From positions 1 through 45,310 of IMG/VR virus record IMGVR_UViG_3300045988_086497: DNA of 45,310 nucleotides; one strand, given 5' to 3'. The position numbers were made by a program, and so were the translations under genes. Below the pieces are notes generated by a model, which was given only the letters and a program-made list of their open reading frames with translations, was not told the origin of the DNA and did no database searches. The stretch's first letter is position 1, and each line of letters starts with the position of its first letter. Shown here piece after piece: positions 26,354 to 31,991 of this stretch. The stretch is from a virus.

Positions 26354-27001
26354 TATCGCAAGTTTAAAACAACTAACTAAATAATTTAGTGAAGATTGTT
26401 TGACAGCATGCTAAAGTTACATGCTTAATAGCTCGTTACGCTAATAGCGGGATACTGTTATTAGATAAGTAATCAATCTTTGATTGTTGCGAAGTGAGAG
26501 AATAGCAAGAGTGCGTGTAGCGTGGAGAATATGTGTAGCTAGGCTAAATCTAAACGGTGGTGGCGATAATAGACGTCTCTGTGAGAAATAACCCTGCAAA
26601 GCCCAAGCTTGACCGCTTGAAGCAAGTAGGGAGCTGTCAAAATAAGCCATTGTGCGCATTGACGAGTGAAAAGCTCGTTGCTTACACTAAAAGATTGTAC
26701 AAGTAGCCCAAAGGCGCAGTCATTGGAATATCTTTATATTGATACATTTAAAAATTTTCTGATACATTTAAAACATATTTCTGAATGTTGGGTGAACGTT
26801 GAAGGTAACCAATCCTGTCTAGTCATTAAACCTCTTAGGAAGTTGTGAGATAGCTCCTCATAGCTCAGACCTAAGACGACTATCAGCTAATAAGTTGCAT
26901 ATATTTGAAGCAGAGCGAAGGCTCATTTAGTTAGTTGTTTTAAATTTGTGATATAATTGTTGTATTAAGGGTCTTGAGCTAGCTTGCGCTAGCTCTTTTT
27001 T
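26354..27001 (+). ncRNA. Candidate large structured ncRNA (about 650 nt; ROOL/GOLLD-like context, family unverified)
   Basis: No RBS-preceded ORF. 29-bp closing helix 26354-82 / 26925-53 (27 Watson-Crick pairs, 2 G-U pairs). Internal hairpins (AGCATG/CATGCT, CAATC/GATTG, GACGAG/CTCGTT, TCTTAGG/CCTAAGA). Strong terminator at 26976-27001. Confidence 0.5.
26976..27001 (+). terminator. Intrinsic terminator of the large RNA unit
   Basis: GAGCTAGC-TTGC-GCTAGCTC followed by TTTTTT. Confidence 0.85.
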
Positions 27002-27019
27002 GTTGCCGCTATAACCACA

Positions 27020-27047
27020 AAAACAAGAAAAGTCCGGTTTAACGGAC
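27020..27047 (-). terminator. Minus-strand terminator-like hairpin
   Basis: GTCCG/CGGAC stem; T-rich tract (TTTTCTTGTTT) follows only on the minus strand. Confidence 0.4.
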
Positions 27048-27087
27048 AAAAAAATTTAAAAAATATCAAAAAAGTTTGAAAAAAGTG

Positions 27088-27116
27088 TTGACATTATATG
27101 CAATATTGTATATAAT
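27088..27116 (+). promoter_or_regulatory. Cassette promoter copy 1 (TTGACA-17-TATAAT)
   Basis: Consensus hexamers; about 80 percent identical to copies 2 and 3 over roughly 50 bp. Confidence 0.7.
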
Positions 27117-27176
27117 ATATATGTAAGGTTGAGGGAGGCAATCTTAGACAAGGAAACTAAAGAAAGGAGAAAAGTT

Positions 27177-27299
27177 ATGAAAAAGCATAAACGCAAACAA
27201 AAGAAAAAAGTTAGCAACGAAACAAAAGTAAATTTGATAATTGCAGTTATCAACTTACTAATCGCATTGCTAACTTTAATCAAAACACTATTTGATTAA
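27177..27299 (+). CDS. 40-aa micro-peptide, basic N-terminus + one TM helix (type I toxin-like)
   Basis: AAAGGAG RBS 8 nt upstream of the ATG; MKKHKRKQKKKVSNETKVNLIIAVINLLIALLTLIKTLFD. Confidence 0.45.
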   Translation: MKKHKRKQKKKVSNETKVNLIIAVINLLIALLTLIKTLFD

Positions 27300-27355
27300 T
27301 CTTATTCATAATGGGAGCGGGGCAAACGCCCCGAACCTATTATGTGTTTATGTTA

Positions 27356-27383
27356 ATTATAACAAAAGGTAGCCAAAATGCAA
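27356..27383 (-). promoter_or_regulatory. Convergent minus-strand promoter (TTGCAT-16-TGtTATAAT) that would give an antisense RNA over the 40-aa ORF
   Basis: Read on the reverse complement of 27356-27383. Confidence 0.45.
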
Positions 27384-27461
27384 GATAAAGACATTAGACG
27401 AATAACTTTGATTTTAATTATTATAACTGTTATCATCCTTATTATTTCTGCAATGTTGTAA
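27378..27461 (+). CDS. 27-aa hydrophobic micro-peptide
   Basis: MQDKDIRRITLILIIITVIILIISAML; weak AAAGG RBS. Confidence 0.35.
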   Translation: MQDKDIRRITLILIIITVIILIISAML

Positions 27462-27468
27462 AAAACTC

Positions 27469-27497
27469 TTGACAATATATATAATATTGTATATAAT
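27469..27497 (+). promoter_or_regulatory. Cassette promoter copy 2 (TTGACA-17-TATAAT)
   Basis: Lies within the 53-bp block 27461-27513, identical to 28409-28461. Confidence 0.7.
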
Positions 27498-27537
27498 AAG
27501 TATGTAAGATAAAAAAAGAACAAAAGAGGTAAATAAA

Positions 27538-27903
27538 ATGATTAAATGGAACGGAAAATCTACAAACGGCACTTGGAAAAAAGAAATTGTTGCAAACGAC
27601 TATGAAAGTTTGCTAGAAGAATTGGTTGATCGTGACATTATCGATGGCTACTGGAACATGGATAGCCAAGCTTTTGACGGACTTTGCGATTGTTCAGAAA
27701 TGCTTGAAAATCTTCGTGATGAGTATAATGAAGCTATCGAAGAAGACGACGATGAAAAAATGGCAAGTTTTGAAAAACAATTCGATGATATTGATTGGCA
27801 CGAAGATGTATTTAGTAAATTGTCTGATGATGATTTTGAATATGTAATTCGTGGTTGCAATAGCCAAGCATACTACCAAGAATTTGAAAAAGTAGAAGAT
27901 TAA
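27538..27903 (+). CDS. Strongly acidic small protein (121 aa)
   Basis: GAGG RBS; 36 D/E vs 11 K/R counted by eye; no TM segment or signal peptide. Confidence 0.7.
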   Translation: MIKWNGKSTNGTWKKEIVANDYESLLEELVDRDIIDGYWNMDSQAFDGLCDCSEMLENLRDEYNEAIEEDDDEKMASFEKQFDDIDWHEDVFSKLSDDDFEYVIRGCNSQAYYQEFEKVED

Positions 27904-27905
27904 TC

Positions 27906-27928
27906 AAGCGGTCGTATTGACCGCTTTT
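27906..27928 (+). terminator. Weak terminator / attenuator hairpin
   Basis: AAGCGGTC / GACCGCTT stem with a short T run. Confidence 0.45.
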
Positions 27929-27947
27929 ATATAAAGGAGAGAATAAC

Positions 27948-28217
27948 ATGGCTTACAACTGGCAACAATTCAAAAACGGACTTTTCGGTTTTTCATACGA
28001 TTATGAAGAACTACTAGCGGATTTAAAAGAAGATATTGCAACTGGTGATGTAGGCGATAAAATCGTAGTCATTCGCTACCGCAGAGATGATACAGACTAC
28101 AGACCAATTCGTGATTATCTATATGAGGGTGAAGCAGTAAGCGAAGATGAAGAATATAGTTTCGAGAACACAGCTGACGTTTTGGAAGAAATGGAAGCAA
28201 TGACAAGGATTTTTTAA
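27948..28217 (+). CDS. Acidic small protein (89 aa)
   Basis: AGGAGAG RBS; 23 D/E vs 9 K/R. Confidence 0.7.
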   Translation: MAYNWQQFKNGLFGFSYDYEELLADLKEDIATGDVGDKIVVIRYRRDDTDYRPIRDYLYEGEAVSEDEEYSFENTADVLEEMEAMTRIF

Positions 28218-28227
28218 GGAGGGGAAA

Positions 28228-28455
28228 ATGGAAGCAAACAGTAAAGACATTGAATGGCTTTTAGAAAACGCAACACAGTACATGATTTCAAAAGAAACGA
28301 ATGTACCGCAATCTAAAATTTCAAGATTAAAAAACGGAAAAATAAAAATGGAAAATTTAACGTTCGAAGTTGCTAGTATTTTAACGGATTTTTCTAAAAA
28401 ACTTCAAAAAAAACTCTTGACAATATATATAATATTGTATATAATAAGTATGTAA
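28228..28455 (+). CDS. Short XRE/Cro-like HTH protein whose 3' end runs into promoter copy 3
   Basis: GGAGGGG RBS; ISKETNVPQSKISRLKNGK HTH; the last ~13 codons are encoded by the repeated promoter block. Confidence 0.6.
   Translation: MEANSKDIEWLLENATQYMISKETNVPQSKISRLKNGKIKMENLTFEVASILTDFSKKLQKKLLTIYIILYIISM
28417..28445 (+). promoter_or_regulatory. Cassette promoter copy 3 (TTGACA-17-TATAAT)
   Basis: Lies within the 53-bp block 28409-28461, identical to 27461-27513. Confidence 0.7.
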
Positions 28456-28485
28456 GATAAAGAAAGACGAAATGAGGTAATTAAA

Positions 28486-28851
28486 ATGTTTGAAACAACT
28501 TTCTTAGTATTTTTTGATAACGGTCATGATTTTTATAATTTAGAAGTAAATGCTTATATTAGCGAAAATCCCGAACTAAGCAACGATGATATAGTAGCTT
28601 TAACGGAAGAATTTGAAAGTGAAGCACGTCATACCATTGGCAGAGGTTATTGTGGTGAATGCATAGGATTCCAAATTGCTGATAGTGTATGGGATTTGCA
28701 AGAAGAAGAAGGAAATGTTTCCTACAATGAAGAAACTTGCGAAATGTATGTTACAAATCCCGATTTTAAATGGCTAGAAATTTCTTGCGGCAAAGATGAC
28801 ATCATAAAAGCTTTTGAAGCACAAGAAGGCAAAGCAGATGATGACGAATAA
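28486..28851 (+). CDS. Strongly acidic small protein (121 aa) with a CGEC motif
   Basis: GAGG RBS; 31 D/E vs 6 K/R. Confidence 0.7.
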   Translation: MFETTFLVFFDNGHDFYNLEVNAYISENPELSNDDIVALTEEFESEARHTIGRGYCGECIGFQIADSVWDLQEEEGNVSYNEETCEMYVTNPDFKWLEISCGKDDIIKAFEAQEGKADDDE

Positions 28852-28873
28852 ATGAATATATGTTATACTATAA

Positions 28874-28899
28874 GTACCTCTTTTCGAGGTACTTTTTTT
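28874..28899 (+). terminator. Intrinsic terminator (first of a tandem pair)
   Basis: GTACCTC-TTTTC-GAGGTAC followed by TTTTTTT. Confidence 0.8.
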
Positions 28900-28912
28900 A
28901 TCTTACAAATTG

Positions 28913-28939
28913 CACCCGATTTTTTCGGGTGTTTTTTTT
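28913..28939 (+). terminator. Intrinsic terminator (second of a tandem pair)
   Basis: CACCCGA-TTTTT-TCGGGTG followed by TTTTTTTT. Confidence 0.8.
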
Positions 28940-28971
28940 GCAAAATAAAAAGCCTTGTCCGTAAAGCTTAA

Positions 28972-29171
28972 GGCGGGGAATTGGCGGGGACGAGTGCGAG
29001 AAAGCGCATGAGTATATAGTTGTTTCAATTATATCATAAAGGAAAGATTTTTAGTATAACTAACTGTACCCTGTTTTAAAGGCGTTTTTAAAGGGTTCTT
29101 AAAAAACAAAAATGATATTTTTTGCTATTTTTGGGTATTTTTTGATTTTGTGGCGGGGACAAAGGTGGGGA
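28972..29171. promoter_or_regulatory. Putative attP region with arm-type integrase binding repeats
   Basis: GGCGGGGA at 28972 and 28983, GGCGGGGA at 29152 and GGTGGGGA at 29164 (pairs spaced 11-12 bp) flank an AT-rich segment with phased T-tracts; abuts the integrase stop codon. Confidence 0.6.
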
Positions 29172-29176
29172 ATTTT

Positions 29177-30337
29177 TTACTTGATTGCACGCAAGAATGA
29201 ATCAGTAACTTCGTTAGCCACCTCATCTTGGATGTGCGTGTATTTCTGCGTCATATAAGCTGTTGAATGCCCCAATGCCACTGCCATGTGTTCAATAGGA
29301 ACGCCCGCAATCTGCCCTTGTGTAGCAAAGAAATGCCTCATCATATGAGGGGTGGCGTGAATATCGCAATTTCTGTTTACTTTTTTAAAGTTTGTAAATA
29401 TACGACTACAAGCGACTGGCTTTCCAGCATCCTTTCGAACTCTCTCACCAGCATCTAAAAAAAGAAAGTCGCTTTTTGAAAGAATCCGACCAGCTTTCTT
29501 AGCAATTTCGTTAGAAGTGTTTATTGCTGTTTTTAATAGTGCGCTAGTTTCTTCATCAACGACTACATAGCGCCTTGACGTTTTGGTTTTCATCCCTTTT
29601 CCGTTTGGTCTGCGATAAGTTCGGCTTTCGTCTAAAAATATTTTAAAACGATTACCTACTAACTCTAAAGAATTGAATTTTACTCCCACAACTTCGCTAC
29701 GTCGAAGCCCAAAATAGGTAAGACGCACCATTACGTAATTGTATTGAGACAATACTTTTTTAGCGCAGTTATCCCATTTTCTAAAATCTTCCAGAGAAAT
29801 TTGTTTGTTCTTTGGTTTGATTTCATTTTCTCCAATGTAGATTTTTAAAATAGGATTCTTATCAAGATAACCATTAACTACAGCATCGTTTATCATCGCT
29901 TCAAAAATGCCATTGGCTTGAACAACACTTGTTCTAGCATACTTTTTCAGCAACTGTGTAATGTGTTCTTCATAGTCAAGTCTTTCAATCTCTTTGAGCC
30001 TGACATTTCCAAAACGTTTTTGAAAACAATGTCTGTACTGTGTATCTTTGTTCGCTATCGTATCTGGCGCCCAACGCCCAGTTTTAATACGATTCTCGCT
30101 GTATATCTGCCAGTAATCATTAACAGTCATATTTTTACGTGGGTCGTAGTCACCAGTTGCAATTTTGTTTTCAATTTCAGCAAGTGCCTGTCTGGCTTCT
30201 GCAACTGTTTTTAAGCCACTAGCGCTCACTTCTGTTTGCTTACCATACAACTTGAATTTTCGGCGAACGTAGTATCGTTTGCCTTTTTTAGTTTCGTATG
30301 TATAAATATTTGGATATTTTGTCTTATTGTATTTCAT
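29177..30337 (-). CDS. int: Tyrosine integrase
   Basis: 386 aa; GLRRSE (Arg), HATPHMMRHFFAT (His-x-x-Arg), LGHSTAYMTQKYTH (His ... Tyr) catalytic motifs. Confidence 0.95.
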   Translation of the reverse strand: MKYNKTKYPNIYTYETKKGKRYYVRRKFKLYGKQTEVSASGLKTVAEARQALAEIENKIATGDYDPRKNMTVNDYWQIYSENRIKTGRWAPDTIANKDTQYRHCFQKRFGNVRLKEIERLDYEEHITQLLKKYARTSVVQANGIFEAMINDAVVNGYLDKNPILKIYIGENEIKPKNKQISLEDFRKWDNCAKKVLSQYNYVMVRLTYFGLRRSEVVGVKFNSLELVGNRFKIFLDESRTYRRPNGKGMKTKTSRRYVVVDEETSALLKTAINTSNEIAKKAGRILSKSDFLFLDAGERVRKDAGKPVACSRIFTNFKKVNRNCDIHATPHMMRHFFATQGQIAGVPIEHMAVALGHSTAYMTQKYTHIQDEVANEVTDSFLRAIK

Positions 30338-30393
30338 TTTTTCTCCTTATTAAAAATTAGCTTCTGGACAAGGCTTTTTTAACTTAGAGAACT

Positions 30394-30422
30394 TTGACAA
30401 TCACCCCTTTCAATGATAAAAT
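30394..30422 (+). promoter_or_regulatory. Promoter TTGACA-17-TAAAAT facing away from int
   Basis: Hexamers and spacer read directly. Confidence 0.55.
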
Positions 30423-30428
30423 GAGTAT

Positions 30429-30520
30429 ATGAAAAGCACTCTTTTACTAGAGTTCTTTTTATATCAAATGCTTACCCTTACACTCAAAGTTTGGCGATGG
30501 AGAGTGTGAGGGATTTTTTT
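30429..30520 (+). ncRNA. Candidate ~90-nt sRNA or leaderless 26-aa micro-peptide transcript
   Basis: Predicted start coincides with ATG 30429 (MKSTLLLEFFLYQMLTLTLKVWRWRV); terminator CCCTTACACTC / GAGTGTGAGGG + T7 at 30475-30520. Confidence 0.4.
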
Positions 30521-30797
30521 ATTTGCTGTTTAATTTTTTTAGTTCATCGATAATTTGTTGGTTTTGATTAATTAAAAGCCAGTTTTGTTCTACTAATGCA
30601 GATAAGTAAGAAAGCTTAGTTTGGTCGACGCCACTATTAAACGAAAGCGCCAGTCCTGCTTTGATAAGTCCATTACCCGCCATTTCATCTGCAATGCGTT
30701 GAACTTGAGCATAACTATCTTGAGATAATCCTTTAACACCACGAGCTTCAAGGTAAGCTTCAGTCTTTTCTTCTTTTGTTTTTCCAAACAATGCCAT
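30519..30797 (-). CDS. Hypothetical soluble protein of the lysogeny module
   Basis: GGAGGA RBS favours the second ATG (30797); between int and the ImmA-like gene, a common site for lysogen-expressed genes. Confidence 0.65.
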   Translation of the reverse strand: MALFGKTKEEKTEAYLEARGVKGLSQDSYAQVQRIADEMAGNGLIKAGLALSFNSGVDQTKLSYLSALVEQNWLLINQNQQIIDELKKLNSK

Positions 30798-30848
30798 ATT
30801 TTCCTCCATATTTTCAGCTTTTGACGTGGTTCAGTTTTGCACGTAATT

Positions 30849-31235
30849 TTAAATAACACTTTGCTGAATTTTTCTAAATTCATCTTGTATCATCGCTTCG
30901 CCCCAAGTCGTGGAAATACCGTATTGTGCAGCGAAGCGAACCCAATTAAAATCGTAAATGTCAGTTGATTTTAAATAATCAACTAGCAGCTCATGAATCA
31001 TAAATCTATCAGCTTGATTTTCATATTGTAAAAGTAATCTCTTGTAATGCTTGGGGTCATGGTTGATATGACCGATTTCATGTAAGATGACTTTTTCACG
31101 TTCTTGTTTAGACAATGATTCGTTAACACATATTCGTCTTAGGTCTGGGAAGTAGAACCCAGACCTTTCCCACATATCAGCAGGAAAAATGAATAATGAT
31201 ATTTTATATTCTTTTAAAAGCTCATCAATCTTCAT
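30849..31235 (-). CDS. immA: ImmA/IrrE-family metallopeptidase (anti-repressor protease)
   Basis: HEIGH zinc motif (VILHEIGHINHD); overlaps and follows the XRE repressor gene. Confidence 0.85.
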   Translation of the reverse strand: MKIDELLKEYKISLFIFPADMWERSGFYFPDLRRICVNESLSKQEREKVILHEIGHINHDPKHYKRLLLQYENQADRFMIHELLVDYLKSTDIYDFNWVRFAAQYGISTTWGEAMIQDEFRKIQQSVI

Positions 31236-31563
31236 CTCCCATTACCTCAATCGAAAGTTTAATAATTTGTTCTATTTTTTTAACGTCATCATCAGATAAT
31301 GGCTTTCCGTCAAACATCACGACTTTTTCACGCAAATTTGAAAGGTCGATTGACGGCTGCCAATCTGGCTTTTTATCAGCGAAACTTTCTGGATTAATTC
31401 CTAGAATATCGCAGATTTTAAAAATAGTTTCTGCTTTCGCATTCATTACACCACGTTCTAAAATAGAACGCATTGTTGTATACGGTATATCATTTTCAAG
31501 GGCAAAAGCCCTGACACTATTATATCTACTTTCGATAAGGCGTTTTAAATCTTTTTCGTCCAT
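31225..31563 (-). CDS. XRE-family phage repressor (CI/ImmR-like)
   Basis: N-terminal HTH (VRAFALENDIPYTTMRSILERG); divergent from the cro-like gene. Confidence 0.85.
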   Translation of the reverse strand: MDEKDLKRLIESRYNSVRAFALENDIPYTTMRSILERGVMNAKAETIFKICDILGINPESFADKKPDWQPSIDLSNLREKVVMFDGKPLSDDDVKKIEQIIKLSIEVMGDED

Positions 31564-31595
31564 TTTTTAAATTCCTTTTTTGATTTTCTTACTAT

Positions 31596-31624
31596 ATAAT
31601 AACATACGAAAAATCATATTTCAA
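31596..31624 (-). promoter_or_regulatory. Leftward (repressor) promoter TTGAAA-17-TGtTATTAT
   Basis: Read on the reverse complement; operator copy at 31604-31619 fills the spacer. Confidence 0.45.
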
Positions 31625-31657
31625 GCAAAAAAATAACAAAAAAAAATAAAAAAAGTA

Positions 31658-31686
31658 TTGACAAGGTGCGAAAATTCGTATATAAT
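31658..31686 (+). promoter_or_regulatory. Rightward early promoter TTGACA-17-TATAAT
   Basis: Consensus hexamers; operator copy 31666-31681 overlaps the spacer and -10. Confidence 0.7.
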
Positions 31687-31730
31687 AAAGTCAAGCTTAA
31701 GGAAACGATAGCTTTTTAAAATAAAACAAC

Positions 31731-31746
31731 ATACGAAAATTCGTAT
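31731..31746. promoter_or_regulatory. Operator, perfect copy ATACGAAAATTCGTAT
   Basis: Inverted half-sites ATACGAA/TTCGTAT; degenerate copies at 31604, 31666 and 31976. Confidence 0.65.
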
Positions 31747-31761
31747 TAGAAAGGAAACATA

Positions 31762-31974
31762 ATGAAAAATATTGAATACATTCGAAAAGAAAAAGGTATT
31801 TCGTTAGTTGATATTGCAGATTGTTTGCATTTAAAATCTCAAACAGTTCGTGAAAAAATCAATGGAGATTCTGATTTCAAATTCGGAGAAGCATTAAAAG
31901 TTCAACGGACTTTCTTTCCAGAATTCGATATTGTCTATCTTTTTCAAGAACATAAAGAATTATCTGTAGGGTGA
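31762..31974 (+). CDS. Cro-like HTH regulator
   Basis: First gene of the rightward operon; HTH ISLVDIADCLHLKSQTVREKING. Confidence 0.75.
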   Translation: MKNIEYIRKEKGISLVDIADCLHLKSQTVREKINGDSDFKFGEALKVQRTFFPEFDIVYLFQEHKELSVG

Positions 31975-31991
31975 TATACGAAAATTCATAA

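Noticed and set aside
26441-26848. Track ORFs 26441..26659 (-) and 26666..26848 (+) inside the 650-nt unit
   Set aside because: Neither has a Shine-Dalgarno sequence and one uses a non-ATG start. Their compositions look random. The region instead has promoter, closing-helix and terminator features of an RNA unit.
26320-27001. Retron msr-msd interpretation of the inverted-repeat-flanked RNA unit
   Set aside because: No reverse transcriptase ORF exists nearby or anywhere in the genome. The enclosed region (about 540 nt) is far longer than typical msd.
27056-27283. 75-aa hydrophobic ORF on the minus strand
   Set aside because: It has a non-ATG start without an RBS. Its hydrophobicity is the mirror image of the lysine-rich/AT-rich plus-strand sequence. 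It overlaps the consensus promoter and the RBS-equipped 40-aa ORF. The minus-strand signal is better explained as an antisense RNA.
27085-28485. Repeated 53-bp blocks as a CRISPR array
   Set aside because: There are only three copies, spaced irregularly (about 380 and 950 bp). The intervening sequences are protein-coding. The repeats contain consensus -35/-10 hexamers. No cas genes are present.
31196-31570. 124-aa plus-strand ORF opposite the ImmA-like and repressor genes
   Set aside because: It is entirely antisense to two motif-supported genes (HEIGH protease, XRE HTH), and it is serine/isoleucine-rich with no RBS.
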